From Macrostomum lignano (taxonomy: Eukaryota): a DNA stretch of 64,000 nt. The stretch's first letter is position 1. Every line of letters begins with the position of its first letter. Positions 52,318 through 64,000 of the stretch are shown one piece after another. The notes under the pieces are model-generated. The model saw only the letters and a list, made by a program, of their open reading frames with translations. It searched no databases and was not told where the DNA came from. The position numbers and the translations under genes are program-made. The stretch is from assembly GCA_002269645.1 (NCBI GenBank), contig NIVC01002092.1, positions 145,327 to 209,326 of the forward strand, given 5' to 3'.

Positions 52318-52715
52318 GTGATGAATTCTGATTACGCGTGCGTCTTGCAAGAAAGCAGGAAAGCAAGTAATTAAAAGCTATTTGTCTTGTCAAGCAACTA
52401 CGACCGGTGTGTAACTGTATACATCTTCCTGTCGACGCCCTAAACAGTGTAAATAGAGACGAGTTTCAATATAGGCTTCACCCCCACACCCCATTCCCCC
52501 TTCCCACTCGGATCCTGATGGACCAATGAAGTTAGCTGGAAGTGAAAAAAACATGATTATGGTACTATATGAGGTCTACCATATACTTAGATGGGCCATA
52601 GACAAAACAGTTTCCTCAAAGTCGGTCTTTGATTATGCAGTTATGCGATTCTCAAAAATTAAAACTCTCTCTACAAAGCAACTATGGCCGCGATTGCTAA
52701 CAGTAGAAAGAGTAT

Positions 52716-55602
52716 GGGGGTGTATTTCAAATACACACATTTCCTTTGTCTCTATCTCCGAAAATATTCAACCACAGACATGAAAATCCAGAACACGGGC
52801 TAAAATTTTCCGCTCTATTCGATGAAGCAACTTCAAGAATCATGAAAAATCGGCATCGTCGAGATATTCAACGATTCTCCTCGGGGTGTCCGGTGGCACA
52901 AACCACCAACACTGGCAAAAATTTTCTGCTCAAAAAATCTCATCATGAAACCACGTCGGCTCGACAAACTATGCATATCAGTCGTAGAGGCCTTTGTTCC
53001 CAGGCACCAGGGTCCCTTCATCTCCGTCTGGGGCATCGGCGGCGACCGTCGGGACCTTCAACAAAAGCACCTAATCGGCGTCTCAGAGACGGCCTCGTTC
53101 CCAAAACTGAAATAAAAAAACCTCTTCTGCATGCAGCATTCAGTCATTAGACATAATCGGTGAATGAAATGTAGACATACAGGCGACCTTCGGGACCTTC
53201 AACGGAGTGCCACCACGCGGCCCTGACGAGCTGGCACCCCAACATCGTGACTTTTCTATCACGGCACCAAACCAGGCATGTCTGCATATTATACGAGTAC
53301 AATGGTCCTGCACCATGTTCAGCATTCAGCTCTGTCTGGACGACCTTCGGGACCTTCAACGGAGTGCTACCATGCGGCCCCGACGAGCTGGCACCCCCAA
53401 CATTGTGATTTTTCTATCAAGGCACCAAACCAGGCATGTCTGCATATTATACAATGCTTTTGCACCATGTTAAATTGGAGAGTTACAGATTTAACTGGCG
53501 ACTGAAAAATAAAATATATTTAATTTGTCAAAAATGATATTACAGCAGGTCAAAAATGATGTTACAGCATGTCAAAAATGATATTACGGCATGTCAAAAA
53601 TGATATTACGGCATGTCAAAAATTATATTACAGCAAATTCAGAGCAGAAGGATCTGAACACCGACACATAGACACAAAAGCGGAGTCAATTGTCACTATT
53701 TAATGTGGTGCACAACGTGCACAGTAATGGTGACTCACTGTCTCTTCCATCGCAGTGTGTCTTCGGCAAATTCCTTCGTCACACATGCAACACTTCCTTG
53801 ATGTCGCACTCAAGGCACGCTTCTCGTCCTTTGACTTTTGTCTCGCGCATGTTGCACAGGGCTTTCTGCCACCAACTGACACCACACAGCCGCCGCTTCA
53901 CGTGCCTGTTCCTTCATTTGCTCGTCGTTGATTTGACAACCTGCGAGCTGGAACAGTCGGTGATGACTGTTCAGCCGGTGATGATCGGACAGATTCTGAA
54001 GAAGAGCGGCCGATTGCGAGCGCTCCTCGATCAGAGGTTGCAGAAGTTGCGCAGCTGCCTTGCGCTGGAACTCGTTGCGATAGTTCGGCGAGGCGCAGAG
54101 CTCCGGGTGCGCCAGTCTCCAGATAGCAGCGGCATTCACAGCTGCTATGTTGAGTATGCCGCCGGAGAAGATTGCCTTCTCGCATGAGTCGGACTTTCGC
54201 TTGCAGTCGGATGTGCGGAACATCCTGTTGCAGGTGTTCGTGCCAATCTTGGTAGAATTTTAGTACGTGCCTATTACTACAGGCTTGCCATTGGGAAGCA
54301 GTTGTCTGTCGTGGTGTATGGTGGACAGCAACATCACGTTTCGGCCCGCCTTGGGGCAATAGGACACACGTGAGCTCCTCAGAAAACTGGAATTCGCTCG
54401 TGTGTGGAGCCATGGTTTGAGTTGAATTCTTGAGATCGGCTGGCAGGCCACCACAAGTGCGCATCACTGTTCCCTTGGTCAGCTGAGCATCGGATTCCTG
54501 TGATGCAAAAGTAGTGACAGCAGTGTTCCTTTGCCAGTGAAGATTTCCGCACTGAACACATAGCGGATGTCCATGTCATTCTGAATCTCTGGATTCCCAG
54601 CCGATGTCAGCAGGAACAGCTTGGCACCATTGCGACAGGGCTTCTCCTTCAGAAAGACCGTGAAGTCACAGTCCACACCCGAGTAGACAACCAGAGTTTC
54701 GTCGACGCAGAGGTACGGCCCGGGAAGGACAGGATGGCGCAGCTGACTGACAAAGGTGTCGGATGCCGTAGAGCTTGTCCGTTGTGGCAGTCCGCTGACG
54801 ATGTTCGGTAGTTTCGAATTTAGCATGGTGCAGGACCATTGTATAATATGCAGACATGCCTGGTTTGGTGTCTAGATAGAAAAATCACAATGTTGGGGGT
54901 GCCAGCTCATCAGGGCCGCGTGGTGGCACTCTGTTGAAGGTCCCGAAAGTCGTCCAGACAGAGCTGAATGCTGAACATGGTGCAGGACCATTGTATAATA
55001 TGCAGACATGCCTGGTTTGGTGTCTAGATAGAAAAATCACGATGTTGGGGGTGCCAGCTCGTCGGGGCCGCGTGGTGGCACTCCGTTGAAGGTCCCGAAG
55101 GTCGCCCGTATGTCTACAGGTCAGCCTCGAAGGTCGCTATCGTCCATTTCATTAACCGATTATGTCTACTGACTGAATGCTGCATGCAGAAGAGGTTCCT
55201 TTTATTTCAGTTTTGGGAACGCAGCCGTCTCTGAGATGCGGATCAGGTGCTTTTGTTGAAGGTCCCGACGGTCACCGCCGATGCTCCAGACGGTGATGAA
55301 GGTGACTCTGGTGCCTAGGATGCTGAGAACAAAGGCTTCTGCGACAGATGGACCCAGATTTTTGAGCCAATATGGATATACCATAAAGGGTTATACAGTG
55401 TAGTGTTGGTTGTCCTTGCCACCAGTGTCTTAGACAAGAATCGTTGAATATCTCGACGATGCTGACGTCGGATGACTTTGAAAGTTAGTTCGTCGGAAAG
55501 GGCGAAAAATTTTGATCTACACGGTAGACTTTTTTACGAAAATCGGTAATTCGGTTTGCGAGATATCGTGAAATGGGTCGTGTGTATTTGTAATACACCC
55601 CC
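52716..55602. mobile_element. Long-TIR (foldback-like) DNA element 1; arms ~52716-53476 and ~54817-55602
   Basis: The arms are reverse complements, each with two tandem ~155-bp subrepeats. Termini GGGGTGTATTTCAAATACAC and GTGTATTTGTAATACACCCC. Confidence 0.8.
53700..54816 (-). pseudogene. piggyBac transposase pseudogene fragment (frameshifted, internally deleted) inside long-TIR element 1
   Basis: PGPYLCVDETLV (first catalytic Asp), KP.R.GAKLF, RNVMLLSTIH, KPVVI..Y..TKIGTN (third Asp motif GGVD degenerate), GILNIAAVNA and a C-terminal Cys-rich domain CATC...CCMC..GICRRH. The segment with the second Asp is missing. Confidence 0.85.
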
Positions 55603-56980
55603 GTGGTCTTTCCCCATGGGGAAAATAGCGTGGTCTTTCTACTGTTAATTGTTCTATAGGTACTTTAAAACTCTTCTGATTAGCATTAGCAGCAACTTCA
55701 CTTGTCAGTCCAGCAGGTACCATGGCAACGTTAGCCTGTTGAGACTGGCAGACAAGCAATGATTCACTTGTCTTGATGTTACCGCATTGCAAAGCGTTAG
55801 AGGCCGATCGGATCGTGTTACTGGACGAGCCAATGTAGCACTCGAGAGCTGCAGAAGTGTTCCCGGTAATTCTACTTATTTCGACTCGCTCGAGGCGGGC
55901 GTCTCGCAGAGATGTAGTGCAAGTCTTTCTTAGTGTTTGATTAGTGTAGCGGTCACAATCGGGTGTCGGTAATCCAGCAGTTACTGTCCTAACAACAGAG
56001 TCAATGGTATGTCGACCGAAAGCCTGATTTTGATACCATCTACCTCTCTTCACGGCGTCCTCGATACCAGTTGAGAAACAGATTAGGCTTATTACAGATC
56101 TGTGGTCTCATTTCGACATACTTCTTGTACAAGCACACAGTGCAGTACCGATGGTCAACCGTATGATAGATGCGCCCGGTCTTTAAGGGTCTGTTGCAGG
56201 TCTTCAATCCACATTGGCAAGTCTTGGAGACGTTTGTCTCCATAAACTGCAGGCACTCCTCCCCAGCTTCAAATCCAATGTTGATTTGCCGCTCGAACTC
56301 CAGTTGGTGAAGCTCTCTTCCACCCCGTAGGCCGAACGCTTTGCCCAGCGTAAAAATAACAGTGTACAGCAGTTGCTTGGGATTGGAATCTCCAAGAATG
56401 TCCTGCTCCCATAATGACATCTCCTCGGCAGTGCCAAGTGCAATAGTCGGCTTTGTTAGATTAAGCTGTTGCCTTCGCGGGCAGTCTCCCTCATGGCAGA
56501 ATCTAATGCTGAACGGGTAGCAACAAACGACGAGTCTGTCGAAATACTGAATGTCCTTTTCAGCACATGCTGGAAATAATGCTGAATCATTGTGATGATA
56601 TCCTTCAACGAACCAGGTTTAAATTTCTGACCGTCAACCTTCCGGACTTCAAACACAAAGTACTGCAGCAACTCGTTAAGATCACCAGCTGACATCTCTT
56701 CAATTGATTTTATGACCATCAGTCCAGGTTTCCTGCCTTCCAGTTGGGCTTGCAGGCGAGAAGCCTTCCAGGCTTCAAAAATTTTGACGGCCCAGCCTCG
56801 CTTCGCGATTGTAGCTCTAGGGATCCCATCGTCTAGATAACGTTGTAAATCTTCTGCACTAGGAATCTTTCCAAACGGTCTCGCCGATAAGCCTAGGTTG
56901 TCGGCACTTTTACTCGAAGTGGAAGATGTCTGCGCAAAGTCCAATTCCGCAAAGAATGCGTCAAATTCGAAGTCGTCCAT
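55603..56980 (-). mobile_element. Crypton-like tyrosine recombinase (CryptonA/DUF3504 type) copy 1, broken into three frames
   Basis: WAVKIFEAW, LQYFVFEVRKVDGQKFKPGSL, LWEQDILGDSNPKQL, GLRGGRE, CTVCLYKKY, YTNQTLRKT, ITGNTS and ECY. Frameshifts near 56460 and 56045. Confidence 0.82.
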
Positions 56981-57436
56981 ATCGAAATATTGCTTGATAA
57001 TGAATTATATTAGATTTACAAGTACAAGCAAGCTGATACTTACAAGCTGCAAGCAATGCTCATCTGCGTGCCCTGTAAACCTATCTGAATTCATTGGGAT
57101 TTGTCTTTGGTTTTTGGCGTGTATTAAGTTTACATACTATATACGCTTTAAAATATAGTCGCTTCGCTCGCCTCGAGACCATTGTCGCTAGTCAGTGCTT
57201 TTAGATAATGTTTTGTGTATGGTAAAAACTGTCGCAACTTTGATTTCACTTTATAGCCTGTGGTTCTAGCGTCACTTCTGGATAATGTCCTTGAGTTCTG
57301 GATAATGTCCACGACTTGTGGATAATGTCCACGACTTGTGGATAATGTCCGCAATTTATTTAGAAAACAGCATACCACACAGTAACAATAAAATTCAATA
57401 CAACAATGCACAGTAACAAAAAGGTAACAAAAAACA

Positions 57437-59003
57437 CTAGGAAATACTCTTGAAATTTTGGCATATAGTGTCAGTTGCCCATAAATTCTCACAGACTGCA
57501 TTGGTTGAACGTGCAGTTTTGCATAACGAAATGTTCTTGCCATTTGGATGAGCGTTTGCGAAGTTGACCGCCTCCTGGACCGTTGAGCTCTGGTTGTTGA
57601 CTGGGCACACGCTCGTGTTGATTGCTGGGCTATCTGTTGTACTGGCTGATGGGCACGCGCTCGTAATAACATGGCCATTTGAATCAGGTGTAGTAGTGTT
57701 TTTCTCCATGTCCAGTACCTTGGTTACGGCGTCGCTGCACTTCTTTAGCACCTTGTCACGTCTGATTGAGAGATATCGGCGAACGGTTTTTTCGCACTTC
57801 TGGCCAGTTATCGCCATGATGTCGGCCATGGAATGCCCAGCTGCTTCTAAGTCGCACACACCCGCTGACTCTAAAATATTAGGCAAACGGTATTACACAA
57901 TTGTAAGCATCTTGAGGCATTGCCTAAAGGCTAAATTAAGCTACACCTTTGGCAAAGGAGATTTACCTGATGCAGTGGTTGGTGTAAACTTTGGATAGCT
58001 TGGCCTTCCCACTCAGCGTCTTCATAAAGTTGTTGAGATAGTTTACGCCTCTCTTCTGCTTAGCACAAAACCGCCGTGCTCCAGTCGGCGAATTTCTTAG
58101 CGGTCTTGGGAACAGAGAATTGTCCTTGGTTTCACCAGGCAGGAGAGACAAATACTCATCTATAATTGCTGTGTCATATATACTGGCCTGCTTGATTTCG
58201 ACGTCTCTTTTGGCTTTCGCCGGATCAGCTGTCCTGTTCTTGGTCTTCGACGATGATAGTGCGTAGTACATCCTTCCGTCTGAGTCGCTTTTCTTCTCTA
58301 ACCAATCCTTTGTCTCCAAGCTCGCAAGGTGCTCTCTGCCTCGTTCTCCCAGTCCGTACAGCAGCCGAAACAGCATCTCGTCCTGTGTAACTTCGGCAGT
58401 TGAGCGGTCAAAGTAAAGACGCAGCTTTTGCATGTCTCCTTCCTCAATTGGAGGAAACGGTCTAACCTGACCTCCTGAGGATTGCCACTCACGGGTTTTG
58501 AACCGCAGTAGACGATTAGCTCCGGAAAATTCTTCTCCGCTAAGAATGTTAATGTTGAGTCCCGCAATCATTGTCAAATAGCGTTGGATTCCAGCACGTA
58601 TGCAGACTAGGCTTGACGGCGAATAGCTGCCTCCGTCAGCGCGTCGTAGTTTGAAATAGAAATACCTCAGAAACTCTGCCAGCGTGGCAGTAGTCAATTC
58701 GTGCACGGCTGCTCCATGCTCAGCTAGAAAGTTGACAAAACTTGAGCCGTATGCCAACATCTGCTCCCGAGTCTTGCTCGGCAAACTTGCAACTTCTTCG
58801 CGTGCCATCGTTTCAGTTATATCGAGCGGCACTGCCGGTCCTTCGGTCATGCATGAGACTTCTTCCACGTCTTCATTTTCATCCGGTAGCAACGGCAATT
58901 CGTCACTTGCTCCTCCCTCTTCGATGTACTTGATAAATGTGGCTAGGTCTTCGTCGGCTGCGAAGTCGTTTCCCGAAGTCGATAGCATTGAAATAAAATC
59001 CAT
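57437..59003 (-). mobile_element. Crypton-like tyrosine recombinase copy 2 (different family), 346-codon ORF plus a probable 96-nt intron and a C-terminal exon
   Basis: FLRYFYFKLRRADGGSYSPSSL...IQRYL, GERGRE, YTNHCIR (HxxR), donor AG|GTAAAT at 57966, acceptor ttttAG at 57871, then GHSMADIMAITGQKCEKTVRRY (catalytic Tyr). Confidence 0.82.
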
Positions 59004-59681
59004 TTCGGAGCGTGTGACACCAGAGAGACAACTAATCGTTAATCAGATGCCCAGTTAATCAGATGCACTTAGTCTGCCATGATGCTTTTCTTGTAGCAGG
59101 GTTATTTGAGAGCTTTCATTTTCTCCACCCTCTCTCTCCTCTGTGCCTTTCTTCTTTGAAAACAGTCTATGGCCAAAAACTATGATAAGCAGCCTATGGC
59201 CATACAAGTTCAACCAAATATTTTGTCTATGGTACTTCCGAGCGACAATGAAGCTAGACAAAGGTCGGAACTCAGGATAATGGGTGGGGGCACTCGTGCG
59301 TTGAATTCAGCAACACCATAGACACTCGTGCGCTAAGTTGTCCTTGATGGATCCTAAGATATATACAGTATAAGCCGAGAACAATCGTGTCTCTCAAAAC
59401 AGTGTTGGGCAGATTTAAAATCAAACCCGATCAACATTCAGAGAATTCCTTCCTCGTTTAAGCAGCGCGGCAAGCAGCGCAGAAGCATCTGCCGAAACCA
59501 GCTACCGCATTCGGCTACTGTGATCGAGTGATCGGCTACTGTGATGTGAACGAGTACGCGCCACTCAAGCAGTGTTGTCTCTGGCAGTGGATTTGTCCAA
59601 TTCGATTTGCACCTGTGGCTGCGCAAGTTGCCGCTTAACAGTCGGATGCCGAAGCTATTTTTCCATTGCACGGATGCCGAT

Positions 59682-61682
59682 GGGGGGTATTTCAAATACC
59701 CAAAAAGTTATCCACGCCATAACTCTTGAACCCGACGATGAATTCGTCTAAAAATTCACAGTACGGGCTAAAATTTATCGAGGAATCTGATGAAGCCATC
59801 GTTGACTCTCTCCGACATCGAGATCGTCGAGATATTCAGCGATTCTCAAGGAGGTCCCCCTGTTTTTGAAGGCAAACCGTCGAATTCAGTGGCTAGGTCT
59901 TGACACCAGGCAGTAAGGTGCACAAAATGATCCCAAACCTCATTTCAGCCATTGGTGAGGTAACCCAGAACACTTGTAGTGCGCTACAACAATGCCCCGT
60001 GGCCACCGTCGACCATCGTCAGGACATTCAACGAGCACATTCTGACATCATCGGAATTTGAGATCCGAAACAAATTTCGGTCAAATCATTTATTATGAAA
60101 TCTTGTCAATGAGCAACCTACGACTCCTTCTTGCATTCAACCTACTTCCTGCACCGTCCCGACCGTCTGGACGACCATCGGGACCTTCAACGGATGTGTC
60201 CATCGGACTTCTGGCAGTCTAGCATATACTTTGGCTAGGAATTCTTGATCAAGCCTCACCAATGAGCACCCTAGCACTCTAAGCGCGCAACTAAACTAAT
60301 GAGCAACCTGCGAACCACTGCAGTCACGCCTAGTTATTTTGCACCGTTTCGCTTATCGATCGTTAGGAAAAATGTCCAAGGATAAATTTAAAAAAACAGA
60401 GTCGCACGAAGTTTTTAATTGTTCATAAAGATGACGCAAAATTTTTTTTAGCACACAGAAAGTGCTGGTGAATTGTTCTTAAAGCTGGCGCAACAGAGTA
60501 AAGTCGCTATGGAACGGTGTCATTGAATAAACAGTCTAATAAACATGGAATAAACAGTTGTAAAGGAATAAACAGCATGCAATGGACGCATGAACCAAAA
60601 GTGTACACAGCAAGGCCTCCACTTTTTTCATTCACCGCCATGTCTTGTCCCACTGAAACTCATAAACCTGCCTTAGTGCCTGTCATTAAATGTGCAAGTT
60701 GCACAGTAAATGAAGTTGTTTCCGCTGTGACAACAATCAAAATTTCAGTCCGAAATTAGACCATAACCGTTATAAGAGCATTTCAAATTTCTACTGCAAG
60801 TTTATGCCGACAGTTTTAAGCATAAAGTTTTCCAGTAAAACATGATTACTATTATTTCTGTTTTTTATCCGCTACTTTCTCAGCATAATTTTCACTGTTA
60901 TGATCCTCTTTTAATTTCCATATCGATTCTGCATTTCGATTCAGCTAAACTGATTTTTTTTCTTGGAATGTTAATTTGGACAAAACTGGGTACATCTTTT
61001 GGTGTAAAAGTCTGAGTGAGTAAGAGAAAGTGACACTAAAAGTTTACAGATTATAACGGTACACTTACGAGCAGTCAGAGCAAAAATAACGGGTGTCATG
61101 CACTCTGTGACGAACAGTCTGTGATGAAGTGACGAAGGTCTTTGCAGATCGCACACGGCACGCGAAGTGCATGACTTCGAAGTGCATGGACACATCCGTT
61201 GAAGGTCCCGACGGTCGTCTAGACGGTCGGGACGGTGCAGGAAGTAGGTTGAATGCAAGAAGGAGTCGTAGGTTGCTCATTGACAAGATTTCATAATAAA
61301 TGATTTGACCGAAATTTGTTTCGGATCTCGAATTCCGATGATGTCAGAATGTGCTCGTTGAATGTCCTGACGATGGTCGACGGTGGCCACGGGCATTGTT
61401 GTAGCGCAGTACAAGTGTTCTGGGCTACCTCACCAATGGCTGAAATGAGGTTTGGGATCATTTTGTGCACCTTACTGCCTGGTGTCAAGACCTAGCCACT
61501 GAATTCGACGGTTTGCCTTCAAAAACAGGGGGACCTCCTTGAGAATCGCTGAATATCTCGACGATCTCGATGTCGGAGAGAGTCAACGATGGCTTCATCA
61601 GATTCCTCGATAAATTTTAGCCCGTACTGTGAATTTTTAGACGAATCCATCGTCGGGTTCAAGAGTTATGGCGTGGATAACT
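59682..61682. mobile_element. Long-TIR element 2; near-identical ~500-bp arms (59704-60211 and 61179-61682), with a degenerate piggyBac Cys-rich tail inside
   Basis: The arms are almost perfect reverse complements. Left terminus GGGGGGTATTTCAAATACCC; the right arm lacks the outer ~22 bp. The interior minus strand reads FACRV...RVHDTRYFCSDC (piggyBac CRD-like). Shares motifs with element 1 (ACGGGCTAAAATTT, CATCGTCGAGATATTCA, GGGACCTTCAACGGA). Confidence 0.8.
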
Positions 61683-62395
61683 TGGCGGCGATATATCGAC
61701 CTGGCGTCCAAACAGCTGATCCGTGCAATCGAGCGAGCGTTCGCGACCAACAACCGGCTGCCGGTAGTCTGGCCAGCCCTGTACATCGGCACGAAGGAGA
61801 GTTCGCAGCTGGCACTGACATGGCCCCTGATCAGATTGTCGCCAGTTTAATCGACGCGATCGAACATTGTGTCGAAGACAATGCTGACTGCGCACAAGGC
61901 AAACGCATTGTTGTACCAGCACCGCCCGAAGTTACGGACGAATCGGATGGTTCCGACAGCAGTGTCAACGAGTCTGATGATCCAATTGCTGCGTCTGAAT
62001 ACGCAGATGCACAGGCTATCGCAGACAAAATGACAGAGCGACTAACGGAAATTTGGTGGAAAGTTAACAACAAAATCGAAGAGAATGCATCACATGTCCA
62101 TCGTCGCAAACAGTTGCACACTGGCGTTAGGGGAACGCTCGCCAAATTACGACATACGCTGACGGTTAGTCTGGAGACTTGGCTAATGTCTCCGCATCAA
62201 GTTTGTACAGATTTGACTGAAATGACAACGCGTGGTGTCTGGCGAGCAAGCACTGCCGGAGTAAAAGCCTGCCAGCTACAGTGCATTCTACCTGCAGTCA
62301 AGACTCAGAGAGACAGAGAGAAAAAGAGACATAGAGCAAACTATTCTTATAGTATGTACTCCAACGCGTATATAACCAAACGGTATATAAGATAA
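61589..62395 (+). other. 268-codon chimeric ORF: first ~31 codons from the TIR of element 2, the rest from flanking coding-like DNA of unknown origin
   Basis: The ATG lies inside the right arm. Acidic Ser/Asp patch, then a basic helical region. No family recognised. Confidence 0.3.
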
Positions 62396-62450
62396 TACAC
62401 ACACACACACACACACACGCACACACACACACACACGCACACGCACACAC
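62396..62450. repeat. (CA)n microsatellite
   Basis: Direct inspection. Confidence 0.95.
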
Positions 62451-63185
62451 TCCCACTAACCCAACCACTTACCTGTCACAACCTATTTTATTTTAACTCA
62501 CAGCCTCTAATGAGCAGCAGAGCTCATTTCACATTTCTCGGTAAGCGCAGCGTTTCCCGAAATTAATGAGGCTGTGACAAGTAAGTGGTTTGGGTGATGA
62601 GAAGATTTACGCAAGCAAACAATCAAGTAGGCGGCTTCCCCTGGATAAGTTACCCTCTGGTAACCGCAGCAGGCGGCTTCCCAAGATAAGTTACCCTCTG
62701 GCAACAACAGGTGACCGCCACAAGATGAGGCACAGAATGTAAAGAGGCTGGGTACGGGTACAGGTTTGCAATCAGTACGACGCAATAGCAGACGGTCCCC
62801 TCCAAAACAGCTAGCTCTCGAACAATAACTGAAATTTTTTTTGATGAAAATGTTCTAAGTCAACTTTATTTTGACACTTATAAGCTAGACTAGACTAGAA
62901 TCTTCCAAGTATTATATCTATTTAATAAATATCATTTCATAACATGTACAACCTGTTTAAATGTTTTATTATTATTATTGTTGTTTAAATATTTAATTTT
63001 TAAAAAAATAACAACAATTTAGTCATTTAACATGTGTAATAAACCACTGAAACGAGGAGATACTCTATGGCAAAATCTCCTATATGACTATCGTATTACA
63101 ATATATATTTATGTTATTAAATGTTCAACTATCATATTGAAACTATATTGCAGAAACAAATGTATATAATATTATATTATAATAC

Positions 63186-63397
63186 TCAATGGGTCCAAGC
63201 CGACGGCCAGTCGGCTGGCTCGGTCCAGCCGGGCGCCCCAGCGGCCGGCGGCCCGGCGCTCGTCGGCCATCTCCCGCTCGATGGCCCTCAGTTGGCCGGG
63301 CGTCGCCGGGCCATAGGCGCCAGCCGCCAGGGCCGCCCCCTCCGCCTCTATCTCGTTGACGGCCGCGGCCGCCAGCTGCCACATACGAAAACAATGT
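63186..63397 (-). CDS. Isolated GC-rich internal exon of a gene extending beyond the window (helical/coiled-coil-like, RHCFRMWQLAAAAVNEIE...)
   Basis: acacAG acceptor at 63398 and TTG A|GTATTA donor at 63185. Open frame with GC-rich codons in AT-rich surroundings. Confidence 0.5.
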
Positions 63398-64000
63398 CTG
63401 TGTAATAGGATTTCGGTTCGGTACGGATATCGTATTAGTTGTTGTCGTTGGTGGTGGCACATTATATAATAAATAAATAAAAAACAATCGAGACATTCAT
63501 ATAATTACATTTCATGTTTTACGTTTCGATTGCTCGATTGCTTGTTTCTGGTTACTGACTTAATAAGTCAGGCGGTCTTGTGCTACACATTTGAGTAATA
63601 GTCTATGGCTACTTATGTTTCTGCATCGGATTAGTAGTTTGTACGCATCTATAATTCTACGCAGTTTAATTTCATAAAATCGCTGTTTGAGCATTCTGGG
63701 TAAGTTCTGTGGTTTTAACCTATTATTTGTAATAGGTTAAAAACAAAAAGTAGTTGCTATTTTAGCCAAAAGCTAGAGTGCCGCAATTTATAGCTATTGG
63801 TAAATATTTAACTGAAAGGCAGCTTAAATGTCGATAACATCGATTTCTCTATAAAGAGCTGAGGCTAGATTTAACATGGGACTCCCATAATCTGTTCGCT
63901 CTCTGTTTCACAATTATTTTGACTACTGCTAAATCTGCAGCTAAATTGTACCTAGATTAGTGTATTAGAAACAACATACGCTCGTAAAAAGGTTTAGGTC

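Noticed and set aside
61589-61682. FLDESIVGFK resembling the first piggyBac catalytic motif inside the TIR of element 2
   Set aside because: It is short, in the wrong order and orientation relative to the Cys-rich tail, and not mirrored in element 1's arms. Likely chance.

Overview
This is eukaryotic (animal) genomic DNA, not prokaryotic: GC-rich exons, short GT-AG introns (37-100 nt) alongside repeat-filled ones, and many satellites and transposon remnants. The host is probably a lophotrochozoan. A Macrostomum-like flatworm is my guess, an inference from the APGWamide gene, mini-introns and composition. Genes I can reconstruct: a Sec14/CRAL-TRIO protein tyrosine phosphatase (PTPN9/MEG2, - strand), a TTLL10-type tubulin glycylase (-), a sterol O-acyltransferase (SOAT/ACAT, +), an APGWamide precursor with 16 peptide copies (-), a second small secreted prepropeptide with one ...SIGW-GKRR site that the ORF track misses because it is spliced (-), and an uncharacterised 5-exon gene (+). 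Mobile DNA: a tRNA-derived CORE-type SINE, LINE remnants, a mariner fragment, a piggyBac-like non-autonomous element, three Crypton-like (tyrosine recombinase) copies, and two related long-TIR elements that each carry a dead piggyBac fragment. Most interesting: (i) two neighbouring -GWamide neuropeptide genes, one possibly encoding a GnRH/corazonin-like pQRPHRSIGWamide; (ii) a candidate frame-switching 13-nt microexon in TTLL10; (iii) PTPN9 lacking a nearby start exon, which could be supplied by spliced-leader trans-splicing; (iv) the nested Crypton/long-TIR/piggyBac island at 52.6-61.7 kb. All homology calls are from remembered motifs, not database searches. Splice models were worked out by hand.
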